In this document: positions 29,562 through 42,075 of the stretch, piece after piece
Numbering within the stretch: the first letter of the stretch is position 1
How the letters are laid out: each line of letters opens with the position of its first letter
DNA from: Candidatus Dojkabacteria bacterium
Lineage (GTDB): Bacteria > Patescibacteriota > Dojkabacteria > SC72
Assembly (NCBI GenBank): GCA_050950145.1
Contig: JBMNHB010000001.1
Span: 492,820 to 556,819 of the forward strand
Direction of reading: 5' to 3'
DNA: 64,000 nucleotides
The notes under the pieces: generated by a model
What the model was told of the DNA's origin: nothing
What the model saw: the letters and a program-made list of their open reading frames with translations, nothing else
Databases searched by the model: none
Position numbers and translations under genes: made by a program

Positions 29562-30104
29562 TTAGAAGCTCTTGTCTTCAAAGTTTGCTTGGTGTGTGTC
29601 TGTAACTTCAAGGATATCATCATAAGCGTCGTCATCTGTCTCAACTTTATCTGTCGTCACAGTTACTCCAACATCAGAATCTGAGAATCCGTTACCTGCA
29701 CATACAATACCTTTACTACCTTCATCATCTATACCTCCAAGAGTAACACAGATTAACATAGATTGGAATTCACCATCTACAAGGTAAAAATATGTTGCAT
29801 CCTTACCTCCAAAAGAACCCATATCAAGATACTGTCCTATTGTATTTTGGCCGGATTCACCAGTAATAACTGCAGACAAACTGGCAACACCTTCAGAACT
29901 TATTTGAGGAAACTTACCATGGTCTGTATAGTGAGCCTGCATAGCCTGATATAATTGGGTAGCACCATTTCTATTTGCAATCTCATTTGCTCTATTGATT
30001 GCAAATCTACCAGCAGCTACTCCTACTACCATAAGGATAATAAGAATACCCATAACGATAAGCATTTCAATCAATGTAAATGCTTTATATATTTTTCTGT
30101 CCAT
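29562..30104 (-). CDS. Type IV pilin, probably the major pilin
   Basis: YKA-FTLIEMLIVMGILIIL N-terminus; has its own terminator; downstream of pilC. Confidence 0.85.
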   Translation of the reverse strand: MDRKIYKAFTLIEMLIVMGILIILMVVGVAAGRFAINRANEIANRNGATQLYQAMQAHYTDHGKFPQISSEGVASLSAVITGESGQNTIGQYLDMGSFGGKDATYFYLVDGEFQSMLICVTLGGIDDEGSKGIVCAGNGFSDSDVGVTVTTDKVETDDDAYDDILEVTDTHQANFEDKSF

Positions 30105-30171
30105 AAATTAAAACAGTAAAATTTAATTTAATTAATAATAAACTACACAACTTAAGAAACTTTGTCAATGC

Positions 30172-31383
30172 CTATCCCATAACCTTAGCTAAACCAAACA
30201 TAGGCATATATACTCCTAATGCAATAAATGCAACAGCACCACCCATGATAATAAGAAGGATAGGTTCTAAAATAGTTGAAAGATTAGAAGTAGCCATATC
30301 AACCTCTTCCTTGTAATATTCAGATACTTTCTCCAACACAGCATCAATCTCACCTGTCTCTTCTCCAACAGAGATCATACTACTAACAAGCAAAGGGAAA
30401 TACTCACTCCTTGCGATTGGAATTGCCAATGGACCACCTTTCTCAACCTCATCTCTAGCATCCAAAACAACATCTTTAAAAACAGAATTACCCAAAGATT
30501 GACCTGTTAGTTCTAAAGCTTTAACAATTGATAAACCACTACTTAAAAGAAGAGATAATATTCTACTAAATTGTGCAATCTGTGTCTTAGAAACTAATTT
30601 ACCAACAATAGGTAATTTAAGAATAACCTTATCTATTGTTTTTCTACCTTTCTCAGTACTTCTGTAATACCTAAAACCCAAAAAAAGGATTAATATTGTA
30701 ACCAGTAATGCCCACCAATAATTAATCATAAAATTACTCATAGCTATAATTGCTTTAGTAATCCATGGAAGTTCTGCATCAAAATCTTTGTATATCTCAG
30801 ACATAGAAGGGATAAGGACAAGCATCATAACTAGAATAACAGCAATAATAACAACAAGAATAATACTAGGATAAATCATTGCTGATCTAATTTTCTTGTT
30901 TAAAGAATCTCTCTCTTCCAACTCAGTAGCTAGCTTCGCTAAAATAACCTCTAAGTTTCCACTCTCTTCACCAGCTTCAATCAAGTTCAATGTAATATTA
31001 TCAAAGACATCTTCCTGCTCCCTAAAAGCGGTAGAAAGAGACTTACCTGCCTGTACAGAATCTGACACATCTCTAAGTACTTTTTTAAACTTAGGGTTAT
31101 TAGACTGTTCAACCATAATTTCTAAAGCTCTGTTAAGAGCTAATCCTGAAGCAATCATAGTAGCCATCTGTCTCATAAAAACAACCTTTTCCTTCATTGG
31201 AACTCCACCAATATTGATTTCTTGTAACCTTTTCAAATCTAAGGCACCAACCTCTTTAATGGAAACAACAATTAAACCTCTATCATGAAGAATATCTGCT
31301 ACAGCAGAACTATCTCTTGCTTCAATATCAGATTTTACCTCTTTACCATCTTTATCTCTTGCAGAATATTTAAATCTTGCCAT
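30172..31383 (-). CDS. pilC: Type IV pilus platform protein PilC (GspF family)
   Basis: AGEESGNL, SAMIYP, VGEETGEID and LEP motifs. Confidence 0.95.
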   Translation of the reverse strand: MARFKYSARDKDGKEVKSDIEARDSSAVADILHDRGLIVVSIKEVGALDLKRLQEINIGGVPMKEKVVFMRQMATMIASGLALNRALEIMVEQSNNPKFKKVLRDVSDSVQAGKSLSTAFREQEDVFDNITLNLIEAGEESGNLEVILAKLATELEERDSLNKKIRSAMIYPSIILVVIIAVILVMMLVLIPSMSEIYKDFDAELPWITKAIIAMSNFMINYWWALLVTILILFLGFRYYRSTEKGRKTIDKVILKLPIVGKLVSKTQIAQFSRILSLLLSSGLSIVKALELTGQSLGNSVFKDVVLDARDEVEKGGPLAIPIARSEYFPLLVSSMISVGEETGEIDAVLEKVSEYYKEEVDMATSNLSTILEPILLIIMGGAVAFIALGVYMPMFGLAKVMG

Positions 31384-31386
31384 ATT

Positions 31387-32997
31387 TTATCCTTTCAATA
31401 ATCTTACTACTTCTTCAGGGTATACTGCATACTCTTGTGCTTTCTGTGCAGTAATTACTCCTTCTCTAACTAATGATACCAAAGATTTTTCTAGATATAC
31501 CATACCCATATCAGCCCCAGTTCTAATCATATTATCTATCTGGTGAGTCTTAGCTTCTCTAATTAGGTTTGCAATAGCTGGAGTGTTGAACATAATCTCA
31601 GAAACAGCTCTTCTTCCACCTCTATCAAGAGGTATAAGTCTCTGTGCTATAACAACCTGCAAAATATTAGAGAGTTGGAGTCTAACTTGGGGTTGCTGAT
31701 TTTCTGGGAACACATCAATAACTCTATCTATCGTTTGTGCTGCATTATTTGTATGTAGAGTAGCAAACACCAAGTGTCCTGTCTCAGCAAGAGTAATAGC
31801 TGCAGCAATAGTTTCATAGTCTCTCATCTCACCAACTAATATGACATCAGGATCCTGTCTCATTGCACTTCTAAGTGCAATTGCCCAAGAATTAGTATCA
31901 TCATTCATCTCTCTTTGATCTATTAATGCTTTTTTACCTTCAAATATATACTCAATAGGATCTTCAATTGTAATAATATGATCAAATCTATTCCTGTTAA
32001 TATCTTCCAGCATAGCTGCTAATGTGGTACTCTTACCATGACCTGTAGGACCAGTTACTAGAACTAAACCTTGTTTTAATTTGGTAATTTGATGATATAC
32101 CTGTGGTAGAGAGAGTTCTTCAATGGTCTTAACCCTAGTAGGAATCAATCTAAATGCAGCAGCAAGATTCTTCATCGTATAGTATGCATTGATTCTAAAT
32201 CTTGCTGTAGTAGCACCTTCATGTGAGTATGCAAAGTCAATCTCTCTGTTAACTTCTAACAATTCTTTCTTATCATCAGGAATTATGGATAATATCAATT
32301 TTTCTGTATCTTCTGGAGTTAACAATCTCTCACCTACATCTATCAATTCGCCATCAATTCTAATAATTGGTGGATATCCTACAGATATATGTAAGTCTGA
32401 TGCATTTCTACTTACAACTTCATTAAACAGTTCATCCATAGAAAAGTTTTTACCATTTGTTCCCATCTCTGTAGTTATCTTGTTGTCTTCTATTGGGGAA
32501 CTACTCGTATCCGCAGATCTTAATGGTTTTGAAAGATTGTTTTCTTTTTCATCTCTCTGCATAGCTTTTATCTGATGCATCTCTGGCATTATACTTGTTA
32601 AAGAATCACTCCAATTTTTCTGTTCTGCTGGTTTAGTCCCTAAGTTGGGTAATTCCGTTGGTTCCTGTGTATATGTTTGTTCTTCTGCTTTCTCTTCAAC
32701 AACAGGTACCTCCTGTTTTTCTTCTACTTTCTCTGAAGTAGGAGTATCAAGCAATACACTAATATCTTTCTTTAACTCTTCTAATTTATCCTCATCAATA
32801 TAGTTAGTTGACTCCTGGGGTGTTGAAGGTGTTGTTTGTACTGGTTGAGATAAGACAGGTGGATCAGAAGGTGTTACATTTACATCTGCAGGAGGAGGTG
32901 GTGGTGGAGTCGGCTGAGTAGGGTTAGTTGTTTGAGAAAAATCAGGATAATTAAACTGAGGTCCATTTGGATTTTGTACTTGGGCAGTATTTTCCAT
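31387..32997 (-). CDS. pilT: PilT/PilU retraction ATPase with long Pro/Glu/Thr-rich N-terminal extension
   Basis: ASDLHI, GPTGHGKSTT, TIEDPIE, RQDPDVILVGEMRD, AETGHLVFATLHT and IANLIRE. Confidence 0.92.
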   Translation of the reverse strand: MENTAQVQNPNGPQFNYPDFSQTTNPTQPTPPPPPPADVNVTPSDPPVLSQPVQTTPSTPQESTNYIDEDKLEELKKDISVLLDTPTSEKVEEKQEVPVVEEKAEEQTYTQEPTELPNLGTKPAEQKNWSDSLTSIMPEMHQIKAMQRDEKENNLSKPLRSADTSSSPIEDNKITTEMGTNGKNFSMDELFNEVVSRNASDLHISVGYPPIIRIDGELIDVGERLLTPEDTEKLILSIIPDDKKELLEVNREIDFAYSHEGATTARFRINAYYTMKNLAAAFRLIPTRVKTIEELSLPQVYHQITKLKQGLVLVTGPTGHGKSTTLAAMLEDINRNRFDHIITIEDPIEYIFEGKKALIDQREMNDDTNSWAIALRSAMRQDPDVILVGEMRDYETIAAAITLAETGHLVFATLHTNNAAQTIDRVIDVFPENQQPQVRLQLSNILQVVIAQRLIPLDRGGRRAVSEIMFNTPAIANLIREAKTHQIDNMIRTGADMGMVYLEKSLVSLVREGVITAQKAQEYAVYPEEVVRLLKG

Positions 32998-33019
32998 ATA
33001 TTTATTTATACCAAAAAAA

Positions 33020-34849
33020 TTATTCTTTTGATACTCTTAGAACTTCTTCAAGAGTCGTTATACCTTCAAGAGCCTTTAAATAACCATCTTGTATCATTGT
33101 TATCATCCCTTGTTCAATTGCTGATTTTCTAATATCAGAGTCTGTAACATTCTCCATAATCATTCTACTAATTTTCTCTGTAACATCTAGTACTTCAAAT
33201 ATACCAATTCTTCCAGAATATCCAGTACCACCACAATGATCACACCCTTTACCTCTATAAAGATATATCAAAGGAGTACCATCTGCACCTGTCTCTGGCG
33301 CTTTCATTACGATAGGATCATCTTGTCCATCCGTTTGTACAGAATTTTTTGATGCAATTACTCTGTTAATATACCCAACCAAATCAAAATCTTTAATACC
33401 CTGCATTGTTTCTGTAATATTTCTTAAAACTTCTGGAGTAATAGGGTAGGCCTCTATACAATGTTTACAAATTCTTCTTGGTAATCTCTGAGCAGCAACT
33501 GCTCTAATAGTAGAAGCTAAAAGATATGGCTCTATGCCCATATCCATTAATCTTGGTATAGCTGCAGCAGCACTGTTTGTATGTAGTGTAGAGAGAACTA
33601 AGTGACCTGTTAAAGATGCCTGAACAGCAAGCTGTGCAGTCTCGTTATCTCTAATCTCACCAACCATAACGATATCAGGATCTTGTCTTAAAACAGCTCT
33701 TAGACCATTTGCAAATGTCAAACCAACATCATCATTTATCTGGACCTGAGTTACACCAGGGACTCTAATCTCAACTGGGTCTTCTAAAGAGATAATATTT
33801 ACCTTTGGATCATTAACTTTCATAAGAGAGGTTGCTAAAGTTCTAGTTTTACCACTACCTGTTGGACCGGTAACAAGAACAATACCATTAGTAACACTAA
33901 GAGCATCTACAAATATCTTGTAGGCATTACCTCTTAAACCAGTATCTTCTAATGTAATATTCTCTGTCTCTGATTCAAGTAATCTCATAACAACTTTTTC
34001 ACCATAAATCATAGGCATAATAGAGACTCTGATATCTACTTTGTTTGTCCCCATCTTAACTTGAAATCTACCATCCTGAGGTATACGTTTTTCATCAATT
34101 TTTAAATTTGCAAGAATTTTTACCCTTGAAACAACAGCTGCTGAAAGACTCTTTGGTAAAACAAGTCTCTCTGTCATAACACCATTAATTCTAAAACGGA
34201 CACGAACTTTTTCCTCCAATGTCTCAATATGAATATCTGAAGATTTACTTTTAACCGCATACTGAAGTATTGAGTTTACAATTCTTGCAACGGGAGCAGC
34301 AGCTAAATCAGAAGAGCTTAAACCTCCCAAAGCATTACCAGTATCATCCTCTGTAATATCAGTAACAGGAACATCAACATCCTCCAATGCCTCAGTAACT
34401 TGAGAACTCATCATATCACCAACTCTACGATCCAAAATCGTACTAATTCCTTCTTTAGGTGAAATATATACCTCCATACGAGTACCAGCTGGATATCTAC
34501 TTTGAAGTGCTTGAGTCGCTTGAATATCAAAAGGATCTTCCATTGCTATCTTAACCAATCCATCACTTCTTGCAAAAGGAACTGCTCTATATTTCGCTAA
34601 ATTATCTATTGGAATCTCTGCAATAACACTCTCAGGAACTGAAACAGTAGATAAGTCAATGAATGGAATACCAAAAATTTCCGATTTTGCTTTTGCAATA
34701 TCAGCATCACTAACAAGATTAAACTCTCTAATTAATGTTTCTTCACTCTTGTTGCTACGAGACCTTTCTAGAAGGACCTTTCTAACACCTTCTTCATCAA
34801 TCAAATTCTTCTGCTGTAAATATTTCAAAATAGATGTTTGGGCAGCCAT
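33020..34849 (-). CDS. pilB: PilB/GspE assembly ATPase
   Basis: SDIHIE, PQDGR, GPTGSGKT, LRQDPD and TGHLVLSTLHTN, plus two CxxC Zn motifs. Confidence 0.95.
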   Translation of the reverse strand: MAAQTSILKYLQQKNLIDEEGVRKVLLERSRSNKSEETLIREFNLVSDADIAKAKSEIFGIPFIDLSTVSVPESVIAEIPIDNLAKYRAVPFARSDGLVKIAMEDPFDIQATQALQSRYPAGTRMEVYISPKEGISTILDRRVGDMMSSQVTEALEDVDVPVTDITEDDTGNALGGLSSSDLAAAPVARIVNSILQYAVKSKSSDIHIETLEEKVRVRFRINGVMTERLVLPKSLSAAVVSRVKILANLKIDEKRIPQDGRFQVKMGTNKVDIRVSIMPMIYGEKVVMRLLESETENITLEDTGLRGNAYKIFVDALSVTNGIVLVTGPTGSGKTRTLATSLMKVNDPKVNIISLEDPVEIRVPGVTQVQINDDVGLTFANGLRAVLRQDPDIVMVGEIRDNETAQLAVQASLTGHLVLSTLHTNSAAAAIPRLMDMGIEPYLLASTIRAVAAQRLPRRICKHCIEAYPITPEVLRNITETMQGIKDFDLVGYINRVIASKNSVQTDGQDDPIVMKAPETGADGTPLIYLYRGKGCDHCGGTGYSGRIGIFEVLDVTEKISRMIMENVTDSDIRKSAIEQGMITMIQDGYLKALEGITTLEEVLRVSKE

Positions 34850-34903
34850 TCTTATATCAGTTTATGATACCCAATAAAATTAGTCAATGTATACACCAAG
34901 ATA

Positions 34904-35165
34904 GGGTTACCTTACCAGTTTTGCTACTCCTACCAAAGACTATATTATCTTTTTAACAAAAATTTAACATACTAGAAGATAAAAATAATACACGAAGTTT
35001 TATTAGCTAGGAGTTTTTCTGCAAATCATATCCACAAAGAGAGTTAATCTGTCTACTTTGTATTTGTGTATTACTTCAGACTAAACAACCTTATAGCAAG
35101 TTAACTAATCGTAACAAATACATATATAGTCCTTTCTAGCAAACATAAAACTAGTAAGGTAACCC
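34904..35165. ncRNA. Candidate ~260-nt structured RNA or inverted-repeat element
   Basis: 34904-34922 pairs with 35147-35165 (18/19), with further nested stems inside; no family recognised. Confidence 0.45.
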
Positions 35166-35192
35166 CGTTCGCTACTTATGATAAAATAAGAT

Positions 35193-35873
35193 ATGACATA
35201 TATCCTAGTTCGCAAAACAGAAGATGAAGAAAAGACAGCACTACGACATTTTCTAGTAAAAATTCTTAAAGAAGATATTACACTAGATATGATATATTCC
35301 CACCCAGATATACATAATCTAGAAATTACAGATAAATTAAGTATTGGAATAGAGGATGTAAAAGATTTCCAAAAGAATTTAATCTACAAACCATTTCAAG
35401 AAAATTCACAACTTGGAATTATTCATGATGCCCAAAAACTAACACATGAGGCTCAAAACTCCTTACTAAAAGCATTAGAAGAGAGGACTAAAGAAACAAT
35501 ATATATTCTTACAGTAAACAATGAAAAAAACTTACTACCTACCATTCGTTCAAGATCAAGGATTGTATATATCCAAACAGAACAAGAGGAAACAGAGAAC
35601 AGCTTAGATGACTTTTTAGACTTAGACTTAATTTCACAATTTGAAATAGTTGAGAAAGCTTCTGAGGACAGAGATTCCTCACTAGAATTCATAAATGAAC
35701 TAGAAGCAGTAATAAAAACAAAATTTGAAATAAGTATAAAAAATGGTAATATAGATGGTTCTAAAAAATTTCTAGAGGACCTTAAAGTAATACAGAAAAG
35801 TAGAGAGAAGATAGCTGCAAATTGTAATCGCAGATTGACTTTAGAGGCAATGGTAATACAGTTAAAATCTTAG
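35193..35873 (+). CDS. holB: DNA polymerase III delta' subunit-like protein (short)
   Basis: HPD, IGIEDVK, AQNSLLKALEE and LLPTIRSR motifs. Confidence 0.8.
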   Translation: MTYILVRKTEDEEKTALRHFLVKILKEDITLDMIYSHPDIHNLEITDKLSIGIEDVKDFQKNLIYKPFQENSQLGIIHDAQKLTHEAQNSLLKALEERTKETIYILTVNNEKNLLPTIRSRSRIVYIQTEQEETENSLDDFLDLDLISQFEIVEKASEDRDSSLEFINELEAVIKTKFEISIKNGNIDGSKKFLEDLKVIQKSREKIAANCNRRLTLEAMVIQLKS

Positions 35874-37868
<1,995 letters not shown>

Positions 37869-37886
37869 TTTTTTAATTTAACAAAA

Positions 37887-38420
37887 ATGACAGAAACATA
37901 TGAGAGTGAAAGAAGAAAAGAACTAACAAGTTTGTTGGATGTTGCAAGAGCAATCAGTCCAGATTCCCAAGAAATAGCTAAAAGATCAAAAATAGATAGT
38001 GGAGAAGAAAACGAGGTGCTAGCACTCACAAAACTATTAGACGATGATGGTAAAGCAAATAGAATCCTTTTTGAAATACTCAAAGATACACCAACAGGAG
38101 AAAAGATTAAGAAATATTTAAACCTAACGGACGAGAGGAACCAGGAAGGTGATTTGATTGTTGATACAAGAAAAAATTTCTCAAGTTCAGGACAAGATAA
38201 AAAAGTTATTGTCCTTTACGACGAAAATAATAAATACCAGATTGTAAGATTTGAAAAATCACCTGAACAACCTTATGAAATTGATGTTATAAACACAGAA
38301 GAGGAAGACAGAGGTTTTTCCGTAAACCCAGAAACTGCAAGGAAATTAGATGAACTTATCAACAACCAGAGAGAGATTTATGAAAGTAATCTTACAGAAT
38401 TAGCAAGAACAACTTTTTAA
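37887..38420 (+). CDS. Hypothetical protein between gyrB and gyrA
   Basis: 177-aa ORF with operonic spacing; no recognised motif. Confidence 0.6.
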   Translation: MTETYESERRKELTSLLDVARAISPDSQEIAKRSKIDSGEENEVLALTKLLDDDGKANRILFEILKDTPTGEKIKKYLNLTDERNQEGDLIVDTRKNFSSSGQDKKVIVLYDENNKYQIVRFEKSPEQPYEIDVINTEEEDRGFSVNPETARKLDELINNQREIYESNLTELARTTF

Positions 38421-38422
38421 AA

Positions 38423-39208
38423 ATGGAACAATATACAGAAACAATACAAAAGATAGAAGTAGGTAGACAAGATAGCTGTTCAAAGAGTGATAATTGGTCG
38501 GAAAGAGGAGGAAAAATGATTGAAGCCTTACAAGAAGCATTCTATAAATTACTTCCAAATACAACTTGGAATAATGACACTGAGATTGAACACACTGGGG
38601 GTTTAACCACAGACGAAGCATGGGAACATATGAAATTTATATGTATAGACGGTACTATGCGTTCCCTTGCCTATTCTGGGTATGGAGAAAAGATTATAGT
38701 ACTCTTAGCAAACAAACCAGAAGAAGAAGCTCTTAAGTATTGTCTTACAAAGAATTTTCCAGAGGACAATCGTCCTTCTGTTCATCACACTGATGCATAC
38801 TTAGAAGCAGTTATGAAAAATGATCTATATACAGTAAGGAGATTACAAATTGATTTTGAAAACTTAAAATCTGATTTAAAACATGGAATGAAGCCAGAGA
38901 CCCTTAAAAGTGAAACTGGACTAATTGAAATAAGAAAAGATATTATGTCTAAATTCCACAATTATTCTTTACTCCTTCCAGGAGAAGGAGAAAATGAACT
39001 TTTCATATTTCCAATTTTTCAAAAAAAGAAAGAAGTTGTTGGAATGCCTGAAATCCATCCTCTGGAAATATTCCCAAAAGACATGATTAAAATAAGTCAA
39101 AAAACCATGAAAGAAAAAGGAAAGGAATTATTACTTATTTTAGAAGAACAAAGGAAAGAATTAAAAGATTTCCTACAAAATCCTTTTAAAGCATATGGAC
39201 GAAGATAA
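38423..39208 (+). CDS. Hypothetical protein between gyrB and gyrA
   Basis: 261-aa ORF overlapping the gyrA start; no recognised motif. Confidence 0.6.
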   Translation: MEQYTETIQKIEVGRQDSCSKSDNWSERGGKMIEALQEAFYKLLPNTTWNNDTEIEHTGGLTTDEAWEHMKFICIDGTMRSLAYSGYGEKIIVLLANKPEEEALKYCLTKNFPEDNRPSVHHTDAYLEAVMKNDLYTVRRLQIDFENLKSDLKHGMKPETLKSETGLIEIRKDIMSKFHNYSLLLPGEGENELFIFPIFQKKKEVVGMPEIHPLEIFPKDMIKISQKTMKEKGKELLLILEEQRKELKDFLQNPFKAYGRR

Positions 39209-41936
39209 AAAAACAATACAAGAGAATACAGATACGATAGAGCAGAACTCCTCATTTAAATCCGGAGAGATTAGTAATAGGTCAATTGTAGATGAGATGA
39301 AAGGTAACTACCTTGACTACTCCATGTCCGTAATCGTATCAAGAGCACTACCAGAAGTAACAGATGGTCTAAAACCATCACAGAGAAGAATTCTTGTTGC
39401 AATTAATGACTTAGGTCTAACACCTTCATCACACTTTAGAAAATGTGCAAAGATTGCAGGTGATACTTCAGGTAACTATCACCCACACGGTGAAGCTGTA
39501 GTGTATCCAACCTTAGTAAAAATGGCTCAGGACTTCTCCATGAGATATCCATTAGTAGATGGACAAGGTAACTTTGGTTCCATTGACGGAGATGAAGCTG
39601 CAGCTATGAGATACACAGAAGCAAGAATGGGGAAGATTACACCAGAATTAATCTCTGAGCTAAACAAAGGTACTGTCACTTTCGTACCTAACTATGATGG
39701 AACAAGATTAGAACCAACAGTACTACCTGCAGGTTTTCCAAATGTACTAGCAAATGGAGGAGATGGAATTGCAGTAGGTATGGCTACAAAAATACCTCCT
39801 CATAACCTAACAGAACTAATCAATGCTTTACAAAAAATGATTTCCCTAGGTAACAAATGGGAAGGTAAAGCAGTATATGATGAATTAAGAAAACAGAAAG
39901 AGAAAGGTGAGAGAATCCCACAATTACTTAATGCACAACCAGCAGATTATTTAGAAAATTACATAAAGACTGAAGATGCTACTAACCAAGAAGTTCTTGA
40001 TACTCTAAGAGCAAAGATAGAAGAAGATGGAAATGTCCTCTATCCTGAATTTAAGTCAAACATTACACCAGAAGAGTTAGTTGAGATAATACCTGGCCCA
40101 GACTTCCCAACAGGGGCAACAATATACAACAGAGAAGAAATCTTAAATACATATGCAACTGGAAGAGGAAGAATACTACAAAGAGCAAAAGCATCCATAG
40201 TAGAAGGCAAACAAGGAAAATACCAAATTGTCATCACAGAGATACCTTTCCAAGTAAATAAAGCAAACCTCATTACCAAGATTGCTGACTTGGTAAAGGA
40301 TAAAAAGATTAAGGGTATTTCTGACATTATAGATGAATCCAATATTGAAGGAATGAGAGTTGTTGTATATCTCAAGAGAGATGCACAACCAAAAGCAGTT
40401 TTAAACAAGCTCTACAAATACACAGAGATGCAGAAGGTTTTTAATGCAAATATGATTGCATTGGTAGAGAAAGAGCCAAAGACATTACCTCTTAAAAGAT
40501 TCTTAGAACTCTTCCTCTCATTTAGATTAGTAGTAACAATAAGGAGATTTGAATTTGATTTAGCACAAGCAAGATACAGATCTCACATCTTAGAAGGATT
40601 ACTTAAAGCAATTGATATGCTTGACGAGGTCATTGCTACTATTAGAGGTTCAAAAACTCAAGAAACAGCAAAAACCAACTTAATGGACAAGTTTGACTTT
40701 ACAGAAGTACAGGCACAGGCAATCTTAGATATGCAGTTAAGGAGATTAGCAGCACTTGAGAGATTGAAATTACAAGATGAACAGAAAGAGTTGAAAGAGA
40801 AGATTAAAGAGTTAAATACACTTCTAGAAGATCCAACAAAGATGTTAGAGGTTGTAGATGCTGATCTTGAGATAATTAAAGAGAAGTTTGGAGATGAAAG
40901 GAGAACAAAGGTTGTTAAAGGTAAGGTTGATGAGATTTCAGAGGAGGATATGGTTGCTTCAGAGGATACTCTTGTAACAATTACTAATTCTGGATATGTA
41001 AAGAGATTAAGTCCAAATACATACAAGGCACAGAATAGGGGAGGCAAGGGTGTCTCTGGAGGAGAGACAAAGGAAGGTGATTTTGTAGAACATGCATTCT
41101 TGTGTAATACTCATGATGAACTATTACTTTTCACAAACAAAGGTAAGGTATATACACTACGAATATTTGAGATTCCAGATTTAGGTAGGACAGCAAAAGG
41201 ATTACCTCTTGTTAATCTTGTACAACTAGACCCTGAGGAGCTTGTAACTTCTGTATTAACTAGAGATCCAAAAGGAAAGATTGCTGAAGGAAAGAGTACA
41301 GAGGAAGCTAAAGAGAAAGAAACAACAAGAGAGTACAAATATCTCTTGATGGCAACAGAGAATGGTGTTGTAAAGAAAACAGCTCTTCCTGAATTTAAGA
41401 AGATTAGAGCTAATGGGTTAACAGCAATTAAACTAGATGCAGGTGACCAATTGATAGGGGTGAAAGCTACTACTGGTGATGATCAAGCAATTATCCTAAC
41501 AAGAGAAGGTAAGTCCGTAAGGTTTAAAGAAACAGATGTTAGACCTATGGGTAGAAGTACAAGAGGGGTAACAGGTATTAAGTTTAGAAGTAAAGAGGAT
41601 AGGGTAGTTGGTATTGGAATTGTAGAGAGTGATGAGCAGCAACTTCTCACTCTTTCAGAGTATGGTTACGGTAAGATGACAGCACTTAAGGAGTATGCAA
41701 CTCAAAAAAGAGGTGGTACAGGTATCTTTACATTTAGAGTAACACCTAAAACAGGTAATGTGGCTTGTGCAAGAATTCTGAGAGAAGAAGATGAAGAGAT
41801 TGTTGTAATATCTGAGAAATCTAAGGTTATAAGGGCAGATCTTAAGGATGTACCAAAGTTAAAGAGGCAGACTTCAGGTGTAAAGATGATGAATATCGCA
41901 AGTGGTGATAGAGTAGCAACAGTTGCTATCCTCTAA
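39195..41936 (+). CDS. gyrA: DNA gyrase subunit A
   Basis: DGLKPSQRRIL, YHPHG, AAMRYTE, GPDFPTG, GyrA box QNRGGKG and C-terminal pinwheel repeats. Confidence 0.98.
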   Translation: MDEDKKTIQENTDTIEQNSSFKSGEISNRSIVDEMKGNYLDYSMSVIVSRALPEVTDGLKPSQRRILVAINDLGLTPSSHFRKCAKIAGDTSGNYHPHGEAVVYPTLVKMAQDFSMRYPLVDGQGNFGSIDGDEAAAMRYTEARMGKITPELISELNKGTVTFVPNYDGTRLEPTVLPAGFPNVLANGGDGIAVGMATKIPPHNLTELINALQKMISLGNKWEGKAVYDELRKQKEKGERIPQLLNAQPADYLENYIKTEDATNQEVLDTLRAKIEEDGNVLYPEFKSNITPEELVEIIPGPDFPTGATIYNREEILNTYATGRGRILQRAKASIVEGKQGKYQIVITEIPFQVNKANLITKIADLVKDKKIKGISDIIDESNIEGMRVVVYLKRDAQPKAVLNKLYKYTEMQKVFNANMIALVEKEPKTLPLKRFLELFLSFRLVVTIRRFEFDLAQARYRSHILEGLLKAIDMLDEVIATIRGSKTQETAKTNLMDKFDFTEVQAQAILDMQLRRLAALERLKLQDEQKELKEKIKELNTLLEDPTKMLEVVDADLEIIKEKFGDERRTKVVKGKVDEISEEDMVASEDTLVTITNSGYVKRLSPNTYKAQNRGGKGVSGGETKEGDFVEHAFLCNTHDELLLFTNKGKVYTLRIFEIPDLGRTAKGLPLVNLVQLDPEELVTSVLTRDPKGKIAEGKSTEEAKEKETTREYKYLLMATENGVVKKTALPEFKKIRANGLTAIKLDAGDQLIGVKATTGDDQAIILTREGKSVRFKETDVRPMGRSTRGVTGIKFRSKEDRVVGIGIVESDEQQLLTLSEYGYGKMTALKEYATQKRGGTGIFTFRVTPKTGNVACARILREEDEEIVVISEKSKVIRADLKDVPKLKRQTSGVKMMNIASGDRVATVAIL

Positions 41937-42007
41937 AATCCCCCATAGTAAGATTAAAAAACCTTAAAAACGATATGTTTGTTCTTTCATGACAAGGAGA
42001 AATTAAC

Positions 42008-42049
42008 AGACCAGGTCTGCTTGACAATCTTCCACTTTTAGGACATAAT
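42008..42049 (+). promoter_or_regulatory. CAGACCAGGTCTG palindrome abutting the sigma70 promoter of the AbiE operon
   Basis: Palindrome ends at 42019, followed by TTGACA(42021)-N17-CATAAT(42044). Confidence 0.7.
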
Positions 42050-42075
42050 ATGTCCCATATCTAAAAGACACAAAT

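Noticed and set aside
39847-40060. Intein in GyrA
   Set aside because: No Cys/Ser start with His-Asn end, and it is not at the catalytic-Tyr insertion site.
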